Under the pieces are notes generated by a model, which made no database searches, was not told where the DNA came from, and saw only the letters and a list, made by a program, of their open reading frames with translations. DNA of 64,000 bases from Dehalococcoidia bacterium (GTDB lineage: Bacteria; Chloroflexota; Dehalococcoidia; Lucifugimonadales; UBA3495), in assembly GCA_034423115.1 (NCBI GenBank), contig DAOUJD010000033.1, positions 1,696 to 65,695 on the forward strand. The letters are read 5' to 3'. The position numbers were made by a program, and so were the translations under genes. Below, in pieces: positions 35,439 through 43,847 of the stretch (positions within the stretch are counted from its first letter, which is position 1; each line of letters starts with the position of its first letter).

Positions 35439-36725
35439 TCAGGCGGGGACGGTTTGGCGGCGGCGGCCGATGAAGTCTGCGGCCCACATCGCGATGATGG
35501 ACCCGAAGGTCATGCCGGCGGAGACGATGAACGCCTGGATGTAGTCGCCCTGCAGGTCGAACATGATGCCGCCGATGATGGGGCCGAGGAATATCGCGGA
35601 GCCCCGTCCCATCTCGACGAACCCCATCACCGTGCCCAGGGAATCGGCGGGAAAGAGGTCGGCGGCCTTGGCGCCCACGATGAGGCCGCTGATGCCATCG
35701 GTGACGCCGGCAAAAAACACGTAGATCGCAAGGGGCCAGAAGCTGATGCCGTCGCCGAAATAGAGTACGAACAGGACGGACGCGGCCGCGATGCTCATGC
35801 CGACCGTGTACACCGACTCACGGCCCCAACGGTCGGTGGCCAGACCCACCAGCGGGCGGGCGAAGAGACTGACCAGACCCACCGCGCCCATGGTGTTGGC
35901 AGCCTGCTGCGCGGTGTAGCCGGCCAGCACGAAGAAGGCCACCAGGTGCACCCGTATCAACTGCACGCCCACGGAGCCGGTGATGCGGGTCAGCACCAGC
36001 AGCCACATGGCTGGGTCGCGCACGGCACTGGCTAACGCCGGCGTACGCTGGCCGACCGGGTTGGAGTCCGGCTCGTCGGGTTGCACCCCGTCGGCAACAG
36101 GCTGCGGAGCGGTTGCAGAAACCTCGTGGGACAGTGATTCGGGGGCGCGGCGCTGGAGCAGGCCGTTGGGCACGGCGATCATCACGGCGAAGATGACGCC
36201 GAATATGCGGTAGGCCCAACGCCAACCGACGGTGGTCACCAGGTATCCGGCCAGTGGGGCGAAGATGGCCTGTCCGATGGGATTGCCGCTGTCGGCCAGC
36301 CCCAGCATCCGCCCCCGGGTCTGCGGGAACCACGGGGCCAGCGTCGCCGTCATGGAGAAGGAAGAGATGCCGGTGTGGCCGATGCCGGAGAAAATCCCGT
36401 AGAAGATGAACATCTGCCAGAGGTCGGTGGCATAGCTGGAGGCCACCCAGCCGAACAGGATGCACAGGCCGGCCAGGGGGAGCAGCACCCGCGCGCCCCA
36501 CCGGTCCAGGAGGATGCCCAGGAACGGCGCGGACAAGGCGCCAATAAGGCCGGCCGTGGAAAACACGGCGGAGGTGTAGGTCGCGCTGCGGCCGAACGAA
36601 TCCTTCAGGGCGTGGAAATAAACGGATTCGCTGTTCTTGGTGCCGCCCTCGATGGTCAGGTTGCCCAGGGACAGGACGAATACGACCCAACCATAGTGGA
36701 GGCGGGAGCGGGCGGCGGCAAGCAT
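35439..36725 (-). CDS. MFS transporter, paralog 3
   Basis: 12-TM layout; LHYGWVVFV N-terminus; ATG 36725 (longer ORF runs to 36794, inside a MITE). Confidence 0.8.
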   Translation of the reverse strand: MLAAARSRLHYGWVVFVLSLGNLTIEGGTKNSESVYFHALKDSFGRSATYTSAVFSTAGLIGALSAPFLGILLDRWGARVLLPLAGLCILFGWVASSYATDLWQMFIFYGIFSGIGHTGISSFSMTATLAPWFPQTRGRMLGLADSGNPIGQAIFAPLAGYLVTTVGWRWAYRIFGVIFAVMIAVPNGLLQRRAPESLSHEVSATAPQPVADGVQPDEPDSNPVGQRTPALASAVRDPAMWLLVLTRITGSVGVQLIRVHLVAFFVLAGYTAQQAANTMGAVGLVSLFARPLVGLATDRWGRESVYTVGMSIAAASVLFVLYFGDGISFWPLAIYVFFAGVTDGISGLIVGAKAADLFPADSLGTVMGFVEMGRGSAIFLGPIIGGIMFDLQGDYIQAFIVSAGMTFGSIIAMWAADFIGRRRQTVPA

Positions 36726-36783
36726 CCGCCGATTATACACGCGGAAGCGCGGAGCGTTGTTGTAGGGACGGGCAGAATGACAA

Positions 36784-36901
36784 GGCCTTCCCAAAGTTGT
36801 GCGATTGAAGTCTATCCGCTCGTCCTGAGCCTGTCGAAGGACGCGCTCATGGTTCTACAGGCTCACCATGAGCGGGACGTGTGGCGACTTTGGAAAGGCC
36901 C
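36784..36901. repeat. MITE-like element, family A
   Basis: GGCCTTCCCAAAGT ... CCGCTCGTCCTGAGCCTGTCGAAGGAC / GGTTCTACAGGCTCACCATGAGCGG ... ACTTTGGAAAGGCC. Confidence 0.7.
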
Positions 36902-36960
36902 TGATAGGTTCAACGGGATGGGGACGAGCAATCCTTCAGTTTCCAGGCGACGATCCCAAA

Positions 36961-37083
36961 CCGTCATACCGGCGAAAGCCGGTATCCAGAAAACCGTTTC
37001 AAATGCGACCGTGATCGAGGCCGGTATTTCCCGGATTCCGGCTCAAAGCCTGCCCCGTACCTGATACGGGGGCCGGAATGACG
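36961..37083. repeat. MITE-like element, family B (full-length, about 123 bp)
   Basis: Starts CCGTCATACC, ends GGAATGACG; two internal hairpins; collinear with 40140-40263. Confidence 0.7.
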
Positions 37084-37336
37084 CGTTGGTGGGCCGGCCC
37101 ATGGCATCGCCAATGCACGCACCGACATCAACCCAAACTTTCTTGATGGCTTCAGCTTCCGCCTCCATGCCGGAGGACCCGGCCAAGCGGCGCGCGCGCA
37201 AAGCTTGGTGAATCCTCATCAGGTCATCCGCATCGTATTGATTCAGCGCGCCGCCTATGTCCATGACCCGCGCCATGCCTTCCAGGAAACTGGGTCGGGC
37301 ATGATGGGTGCGGACAATGTGGCGCTTCGTTGCCAT
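37043..37336 (-). CDS. hypothetical small protein (97 aa)
   Basis: GGAGGA RBS before ATG 37336; the last codons and the stop lie inside the family B repeat. Confidence 0.55.
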   Translation of the reverse strand: MATKRHIVRTHHARPSFLEGMARVMDIGGALNQYDADDLMRIHQALRARRLAGSSGMEAEAEAIKKVWVDVGACIGDAMGRPTNASFRPPYQVRGRL

Positions 37337-37471
37337 TGTGGCTTTCCTCCGTCCAAATGAACGCACAATGTTCACGCAGTTGGCTGGTCAAAATGCCGCG
37401 TTGATCAGGAAGAAAAGGCTATCACCGTGCTGAGACTCTGTCCACATTGGCCCTTCCAGCAAAGCCTATTT

Positions 37472-37783
37472 TCAACGTGATGTTAGTGTAACCCGTACGG
37501 TGCCATCAGGTTCATGGACGTGATTGCCCAGCGCAACTTCGATGTTCTCCAAAGCGTCGAGGATGCGCTGCTGATTGGCTTTGACCTCAGCCATATCCTC
37601 TTGCAACTTAGCCACATCCTCTTGCAACTCAGCCACGCTTATTCTCAGGCTGGAAACGTCTTCCTGGAGGTGCCGGGTGTCGTTATCCAGGCGCACGACA
37701 AAAACCATTATAGCGATGATGGCCCCGGCGATGGGCAGAACCACCGGAGCGAGCGCTGAGATTCTTTGAATCCAACTGTCCAT
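37472..37783 (-). CDS. small membrane-anchored coiled-coil protein
   Basis: N-terminal TM (VVLPIAGAIIAIMVFVV) then LQEDVSSLRISVAELQEDVAKLQEDMAEVKANQ; start uncertain (ORF open to 37840). Confidence 0.5.
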   Translation of the reverse strand: MDSWIQRISALAPVVLPIAGAIIAIMVFVVRLDNDTRHLQEDVSSLRISVAELQEDVAKLQEDMAEVKANQQRILDALENIEVALGNHVHEPDGTVRVTLTSR

Positions 37784-37995
37784 AATTCCGCGGAGGGCAA
37801 CCGGGAGGCATCCCATCGCACCATGACAAGAGTACCACACTTAATATGCAGAATACGTTCAAGTACGTGCCCAAGCAGTCCAAATCCCACGCCTCCGGGA
37901 ATAGCCTGAACCGCAATGACAAAGCGCCAACGCGTGGACCAACAACGTTGGTGTAACATGGGCAAATATCGACGCTGATTATTGGGAATAACGAT

Positions 37996-39726
37996 ATGAC
38001 CACCACCGACACCACACCCAACCGCCTCTACTTCGGCGACAACCTCGACATCCTGCGCCAGCACGTCGCCGACGAGTCGGTTGACCTGATCTACCTGGAC
38101 CCGCCCTTCAACTCCAACGCCACCTACAACGTGCTGTTCCGCGAGCGGTCGGGCGAGGAATCGGCGGCGCAGATCACCGCCTTCGAGGACACCTGGCACT
38201 GGGGTTGGGAGTCGGAGACGGCCTACCAGGACGTGGTGACCCAGGGGCCGGAGAAGGTCGGCAGTCTGCTGTCCGCCCTGCGCCAGTTCCTGGGCCAGAA
38301 CGACATGATGGCCTACCTCACCATGATGGCCCAGCGCATGACCGAACTGCACCGCGTCCTCAAACCCACGGGCAGCATCTACCTCCACTGCGACCCGACG
38401 GCGAGCCACTATCTGAAACTGCTGCTGGATGCGGTGTTTGGGGCAACGAATTTTCGTAGTGAGATAGTTTGGAAAAGGACCAGTGCCCATAGCGATGCCA
38501 AACAAGGCCGTAAACAACATGGGCGTATCCACGATATCTTGCTGTATTACACAAAGAGCGCAGAATGGACTTGGAACGTCATATACACGCAATACGATCA
38601 AGAATACGTGGACAACTTTTATCGCCACGTAGAATCCGGTAACGGGCGCAGGTATCGGGTTGGTGATCTCACTGCCGCTAAACCGGGAGGAGACACTACA
38701 TACGAGTGGAGGATCAAACGCCCCAAAGAAGGAGAATGGGAAGCTGATGTAACAAACGAATGGCAAACCCCACGGGCAGATTGGGAATACAAAGGAGTGC
38801 CACCCTATCAAGGCCGCTACTGGGCCTTTTCGCAAGAAAACATGAGGCAATTCGCACGCGAAGGCCGATTGGTTTATTCCAAATCAGGCACGCCCCAATA
38901 CAAACGGTATCTCGACGAAATGCCTGGGGTGCCGTTGCAAGACTGGTGGGATGACATTCGCCCCATAAGTCCGAGGGCCCGTGAGCGGCTCGGCTACCCG
39001 ACGCAGAAGCCGGAGGCGCTGCTGGAGCGGATCATCAACGCCAGCAGCAACGAGGGCGACGTGGTGCTGGACCCCTTCTGCGGGTGCGGCACCGCCACCG
39101 TGGCCGCCGAGCGGCTCAACCGCCGCTGGATCGGCATCGACATCACCCACCTTGCCATCACGCTGGTGCGCCACCGCCTGCGGGACAGCTTCGGCGACGA
39201 GCTGCGGCCCTATGAGATCGTCGGGCAACCCACGGATACCGGCAGCGCGGGCGCCCTGGCCGAGCACGACCGCTACCAGTTCGAGTGGTGGGCGCTGGGC
39301 CTGGTGGACGCCCGGCCGGCCAACGACCGGCGACGGGGCGCGGACGCCGGCGTGGACGGCTACATCAACTTCTTCGACGACAACAGCGGCCGGCCCAAGC
39401 GCATCATCGCGCAGGTGAAGAGCGGCCACGTCAACCGGGGGATGATCGCCACCCTGAAGGGCGACATGGAGCGGGAGCACGCGACGCTGGGGGTGTTCAT
39501 CACGCTGCAACCACCAACGGAGCCCATGCGTCAGGAAGCGTTGTCCGCCGGCATCTACACGCCCGAGCACTTCCCCGACCAGCAGTACCCGCGCCTCCAG
39601 ATCCTCACCATCGACCAACTGCTGGCCGGTGCCAGCGTGGCCTACCCGAGAGGCGGCGTGCCGGCCACGTTCCGGCAGGCGCCCCGCCGTCGCCGCAGCC
39701 AGGGCCAACAAAGCGCGCTCGTGTAG
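37996..39726 (+). CDS. beta-class (N6A/N4C) DNA methyltransferase fused to a C-terminal Mrr-like PD-(D/E)xK nuclease domain
   Basis: Motif IV IYLDPPF near the N-terminus, motif I VLDPFCGCGTATVAAERL later (IV before I). C-terminus FEWWALGLV...GADAGVDGY...IIAQVKSG...GVFITL resembles Mrr_cat. Confidence 0.8.
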   Translation: MTTTDTTPNRLYFGDNLDILRQHVADESVDLIYLDPPFNSNATYNVLFRERSGEESAAQITAFEDTWHWGWESETAYQDVVTQGPEKVGSLLSALRQFLGQNDMMAYLTMMAQRMTELHRVLKPTGSIYLHCDPTASHYLKLLLDAVFGATNFRSEIVWKRTSAHSDAKQGRKQHGRIHDILLYYTKSAEWTWNVIYTQYDQEYVDNFYRHVESGNGRRYRVGDLTAAKPGGDTTYEWRIKRPKEGEWEADVTNEWQTPRADWEYKGVPPYQGRYWAFSQENMRQFAREGRLVYSKSGTPQYKRYLDEMPGVPLQDWWDDIRPISPRARERLGYPTQKPEALLERIINASSNEGDVVLDPFCGCGTATVAAERLNRRWIGIDITHLAITLVRHRLRDSFGDELRPYEIVGQPTDTGSAGALAEHDRYQFEWWALGLVDARPANDRRRGADAGVDGYINFFDDNSGRPKRIIAQVKSGHVNRGMIATLKGDMEREHATLGVFITLQPPTEPMRQEALSAGIYTPEHFPDQQYPRLQILTIDQLLAGASVAYPRGGVPATFRQAPRRRRSQGQQSALV

Positions 39727-39776
39727 GTGAACACACAAAACGGTAGAGGCGAATCCGCCTGAGGCGGACTCGCCCC

Positions 39777-40100
39777 TGCGCGACCAGATACGGCGCCTGT
39801 AGGGGCGAGGCATGCCTCGCCCCCACCCACGCCGACAACATCGAACGACCCCGATCCATCGAACCACCCTGATCCGATGACCAGGGCCATTCCAAAGTTA
39901 CGTGATCTTCTTGCATCCGCTCGTCCTGAGCTGCCGTAGGTCCGCCTGTGGCGAGTTGAAGGACGCGCTCGTGGTTCGACAGGCTCACCATGAGCGGGAC
40001 GCATGGAGACTTTGAAAAGGCCCGATCCAATGACACTTCCCCCTTGCCCCTCATCTCCACCCATCCTTACCATTCAACTATCCAACCGTCCGAATCCAAC
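39777..40100. repeat. direct repeat copy 1 (interrupted by a MITE) of the unit at 40412-40563
   Basis: Shares CCAGAT(A/C)CGGCGCCTGTAGGGGCGAGGCATGCCTCGCCCCCACCCACGCCGACAACATCGAAC ... CCGAATCCAAC. Confidence 0.75.
39884..40023. mobile_element. MITE-like element, family A, inserted into a repeat whose paralog shows the empty site
   Basis: TIRs GGGCCATTCCAAAGT / ACTTTGAAAAGGCCC; flanked by GATCCGATGA (39871-39880) and GATCCAATGA (40024-40033); the paralog at 40485-40498 has a single ACCCGATGA. Confidence 0.7.
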
Positions 40101-40139
40101 GTAACCGTTCAGGTTTGAGGTGACCATCCCAAACCCAAA

Positions 40140-40263
40140 CCGTCATACCGGCGAAAGCCGGTATCCAAAAACCCTGGTCATCCGCAACCGTGAGCAGGGT
40201 AAAGATTTCCTGAATGCCGGATCAAAGCCTGTCCCCTACCTGACACGGGGTGCGGAATGACGG
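40140..40263. repeat. MITE-like element, family B (full-length)
   Basis: CCGTCATACCGGCGAAAGCCGGTATCC ... CCCCTACCTGACACGGGG ... GGAATGACGG. Confidence 0.7.
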
Positions 40264-40411
40264 GTTGAGTGCGAGAATACGTCGACGACTCTGATGCTTC
40301 CAACTTCACGCCGAAGACAGACGTTCTGCCCATCAAGGGAGAGGGGATAATTTAGGCGGTGCATCCTTCGACACGCTCAGGATGAGGTAGGGGCGAATAA
40401 TTATTCGCCCG

Positions 40412-40563
40412 TGCGCGGCCAGATCCGGCGCCTGTAGGGGCGAGGCATGCCTCGCCCCCACCCACGCCGACAACATCGAACCACCCTGACCCGATGACAC
40501 TCCCCCCTTGCCCCTACTCTCCATCCATCCGTACCATTAACTATCCAACCGCCCGAATCCAAC
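40412..40563. repeat. direct repeat copy 2 (uninterrupted)
   Basis: See 39777-40100. Confidence 0.75.
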
Positions 40564-40617
40564 CCGTCGCCCAACCCCATGCCAGTCCATTCGATTATCC
40601 ACACGCACCGATGTAGT

Positions 40618-40650
40618 CCGCTCATGGTGAGCCTGTCGAACCACGAGCGG
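40618..40650. repeat. 33-bp REP unit (intergenic copy)
   Basis: Identical to 30911-30943. Confidence 0.8.
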
Positions 40651-40989
40651 ACGGTTCGCTTACCAATATCCCGGATGGTATTTGCTGCTCGGATGATCAG
40701 ATAACCGAATGACCCTGCACCCCACACCAGTCCAATACCCAACTCCAAACGTCGCGCCCCCAAATCCTCCCATCAGCCCGCCAAAACCATCAAATCCGCC
40801 GCCAAAACCGCTCTCGCCGCCCCCATTTGCCCCCAAAACCCAACCCAACGCCCTACTCAAATAAACGGAAATGAGCGGAAATGAGCGGGATTTCGCCAAA
40901 ATCGCCACCATCTCATCACAATACCCAATCCCATTCATCCCCTTTATCCCCTTTATCCATGTAAATACCCTCCCGTCAGAGGTAACCCC

Positions 40990-41322
40990 ATGACCCTCTC
41001 CCAAATCCGCCGTCGCATCAACGCCCTCAAGCGCAGGTTCGCCCTGGAACTCACCATCATCAAGCTCCGACGCATCGCCGAAGCCGTCGCTGACCACTGG
41101 GATCCTTCCCAACCCCCCGAACCGGCTGAAGTCATCGAGCGCTTCGTCAAAGCCGGCTGCCGCCTCCCCACCTTCGCCAACCTCAGCCGCTACCTCAACC
41201 AAACCCAACGCCAGGGGGACATCCCTCACCCTGAAGACATCGTAATCAACCTGCTTCCCTGGATTGACGGCGACCGCTACCACAAATTCCTCCGCTGGGA
41301 CCTTCCCGCCCCCGCGCGTTAG
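40990..41322 (+). CDS. hypothetical 110-aa protein, copy A of a duplicated gene
   Basis: 95 of 110 residues identical to 53586..53918 (manual alignment); conserved GAGGTAA(C/T)CC before the ATG in both copies. Confidence 0.65.
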   Translation: MTLSQIRRRINALKRRFALELTIIKLRRIAEAVADHWDPSQPPEPAEVIERFVKAGCRLPTFANLSRYLNQTQRQGDIPHPEDIVINLLPWIDGDRYHKFLRWDLPAPAR

Positions 41323-41326
41323 CCAT

Positions 41327-41402
41327 CCCCCCGCCGTCATCCCTGTCCCCCGCCGTCATCCCCACACCCCCACCGTCATTCCCACACCCCCACCGTCATT
41401 CC
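41327..41402. repeat. four tandem units of about 20 bp related to the family B terminus
   Basis: CCGCCGTCATCCC at 41331 and 41350; CCACCGTCATTCCC at 41370 and 41390. Confidence 0.6.
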
Positions 41403-41492
41403 AGACTTGATCCGGAATCCACGAACGTCCTGCTGCCGCCAACGTTGGGTACGCCGGCATCTTCCGGATACCGCCCTGCGCCGGAACGACGG
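41393..41492. repeat. MITE-like element, family B variant
   Basis: Starts CCGTCATTCC, ends GGAACGACGG. Confidence 0.5.
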
Positions 41493-41534
41493 TTTAGCCG
41501 ATTCAGCCCGGCAATCGAACGGTCCTGCCTTCCA

Positions 41535-41652
41535 GGGCCATTCCAAAGTGGCGGAATCCAACCAATCCGCTCGTCCTGAGCCTGTCGAAGGACGGTCCTC
41601 ATGGTTCGACAGGCTCACCATGAACGGACGTTGGGCGACTTTGGAATGACCC
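41535..41652. repeat. MITE-like element, family A
   Basis: GGGCCATTCCAAAGT ... GAGCCTGTCGAAGGAC / GGTTCGACAGGCTC ... ACTTTGGAATGACCC. Confidence 0.7.
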
Positions 41653-41730
41653 TTGCCTGCCTCCGTGGTCCGGTGGTCGGTGTGCCGTATCGTATAATGC
41701 GGCCATTCGATTTGCGGAGTCATCGCACCC

Positions 41731-43005
41731 ATGGCAATACTGAAACCCTTTCGCGGCTGCCGATTTGATCCCAGCGTGGTGGGCAACCTTTCCGACGTGA
41801 TCTGCCCGCCCTACGACATGATCGGGCCGGAGCTGAAAACCGAGTTGCAGGGGCGCAGCCCGTACAACGCCGTGCACCTGGAGGGCGGCGAGCAGCCCGA
41901 CCCGGTGGACCCGCAGGCAGGCTACCAGCAGGCGGCCCAACTATTCCGGCAGTGGCTGTCGGACGGCGCGCTGCACCAGGACGACGGGCCGTGTTTCTAC
42001 CTGATGCGCCACGCCTATGACTTCGGCGGGCGGCGTCGGCAGCACGTGGGGCTGTTCGCGGACGTGCTGGTGGAGGACTACGACGCGGGGGCGGTGCTGC
42101 CCCACGAGTTCACGCGGGAGCCGGCGGTGCTCGACCGGGTGGCGCTGCTGGACGCGTGCCAGGCCCAGTTCAGCCCGATCATGTCGCTGTACCGCGACTC
42201 TGACGGCGACCTGCAACGCATCTTTGACGGCGTGCTGGAAAACGCGCCGGACGCCACGGGAACAACTCCGGCCGGCGGCAACGCGGAACTGTGGCGCATC
42301 GCCGACGCTGAGACGCAGGCAGCCATCACCGACACCTTCGCCGGCCGGCCGGTGTTCCTGGCCGACGGGCACCACCGCTACGAGGCGGCGCTCCGCTACA
42401 GCCGGAGCCAGGCCGGCACGGCTGGCGACGCGGCGAGCAACTACGTGATGATGACGCTGGTAGAGTTCGACGACCCGGGGCTGCTCCTGCTGCCCTATCA
42501 CCGGGTGGCCGGCGGGATGGACGACGAGCAGATGTCGGACGTGCGGGCGCTGATGGACGGGCTGTTCGACTCGCGACCGCTGGACCCCGACATCACGCCG
42601 GCCGGCGCGGTGGCCGAGGTGGCGCGGATGGGCGAGGACGCCCACTGCTTCGCGGTGTTCTGGAGCGACGGGCCGCCGACCCTGCATACCATGCGCGCCG
42701 GCGTGGGTTGGCAGAGTTGGGGTCAGTTGGCCGTGTCCGAGGCGTGGGTGCTGCAGGAGCGGGTGCTGGCGCCGGCGCTGGGGGACGCGCTGGGCGAGTG
42801 CATCGACTACAGCCCCGACCACGACGGCATCGTGCAGCGGGTGAACCTGGGTGAGCAGCAGATGGCCATCCTGCTCAAGCCGTTCCCGCTGGAACCGTTC
42901 CGGCAGATCGTGAGCGCGGGCAACCGGCTGCCGCCCAAGTCAACATTCTTCTACCCCAAGCTGCCCACCGGCCTGGTCATCAACCGCCTGGACGGCAGCA
43001 TCTAG
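41731..43005 (+). CDS. DUF1015 domain protein
   Basis: MAILKPFRG..., ICPPYD, LADGHHRYEAAL. Confidence 0.8.
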   Translation: MAILKPFRGCRFDPSVVGNLSDVICPPYDMIGPELKTELQGRSPYNAVHLEGGEQPDPVDPQAGYQQAAQLFRQWLSDGALHQDDGPCFYLMRHAYDFGGRRRQHVGLFADVLVEDYDAGAVLPHEFTREPAVLDRVALLDACQAQFSPIMSLYRDSDGDLQRIFDGVLENAPDATGTTPAGGNAELWRIADAETQAAITDTFAGRPVFLADGHHRYEAALRYSRSQAGTAGDAASNYVMMTLVEFDDPGLLLLPYHRVAGGMDDEQMSDVRALMDGLFDSRPLDPDITPAGAVAEVARMGEDAHCFAVFWSDGPPTLHTMRAGVGWQSWGQLAVSEAWVLQERVLAPALGDALGECIDYSPDHDGIVQRVNLGEQQMAILLKPFPLEPFRQIVSAGNRLPPKSTFFYPKLPTGLVINRLDGSI

Positions 43006-43021
43006 GCCGGGAGGATGCGCC

Positions 43022-43624
43022 ATGACCACAACTGTCGCGCCACCAGTAATTTCGCCGACCGAACATGAATGTGGCCGTTCCCGCCGGCTGTTCACCGTGG
43101 ACGAGCTCCACGTCATGGACGCGGCCGGCATATTTGACAACGGTGAGCGCATCGAACTGCTGGATGGGGAGATTATCGTAATGCCGCCAATCGGGGACCC
43201 CCATGCTGATGGAACCGATCGACTGGGAGGAGACCTAACCTACACACTCCACGGCAGGGCACGAGTACGTGTCCAAGGGCCGGTGAGGATCAACGACGAC
43301 AATTTGTTGCAACCTGACGTCGCCGTTCTCCTATTGCGTGAGGACTATCATCGTCGGGCGCCCACGCCGGCGGATGTGCTGCTGCTGATCGAGGTGGCCG
43401 ACACGTCGCTGGAGTTTGACCGGGAGGTGAAGTTGACGCGGTATGCCGCCGCCGGTATCCCCGAGGTGTGGATCGTGAACCTGCGGATGCGTCAGGTGGA
43501 GGGCCACTCGGATCCGGTGGACGGGACGTACCGCAGCCGGCGAGTGGTGACGGCGGAGGGGCGCATCGGCCCACTGGCGTTTCCGGACGTTGCGCTGGCG
43601 GTGTCCGATTTCCTGCTGGAATGA
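43022..43624 (+). CDS. Uma2 family (DUF820) endonuclease-like protein
   Basis: ELLDGEIIVMPP ... PDVAVL ... LLIEVADTS ... YAAAGIPEVWIV. Confidence 0.8.
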   Translation: MTTTVAPPVISPTEHECGRSRRLFTVDELHVMDAAGIFDNGERIELLDGEIIVMPPIGDPHADGTDRLGGDLTYTLHGRARVRVQGPVRINDDNLLQPDVAVLLLREDYHRRAPTPADVLLLIEVADTSLEFDREVKLTRYAAAGIPEVWIVNLRMRQVEGHSDPVDGTYRSRRVVTAEGRIGPLAFPDVALAVSDFLLE

Positions 43625-43847
43625 CGCCGCAGGATGACCGTTAGGGGGTAAATTTAGGGCGCGTTGTTGAGTTCTCAGGAAGCAGGTGGCAGCAGCGTCA
43701 AATGGCGCGTTGACCCCGCCGCTTGTTTGGCCTGTCAACCTTTGTTACAATTCCGGCGCACGAAAGGCACGGACGGTGGAAGGCGACTAAACGCCGACTT
43801 CACGCCGCACCAGCGTCCTTTGCGTAACCAATGGAGGAGGAGATACT

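Larger units (their letters stand above)
40490..41322 (+). repeat. left arm of a long inverted repeat (C-rich leader plus 110-aa gene)
   Basis: The reverse complement of about 53586-54290 aligns by eye: gene nearly identical, leader diverged with indels. Confidence 0.7.

Noticed and set aside
37708-38850. 380-aa minus-strand ORF across the MTase gene and upstream region
   Set aside because: It is antisense to a gene with clear methyltransferase motifs and has no recognisable domain.
40660-41340. 226-aa Gly/Asp-rich minus-strand ORF (and its counterpart 53625..54068 on the plus strand) covering the duplicated 110-aa gene
   Set aside because: The sense frame has a conserved ATG context, identical length and stop in both copies, and a balanced helical-looking composition. 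The antisense frames are G/D/E/A/V-rich and differ in extent between the copies.
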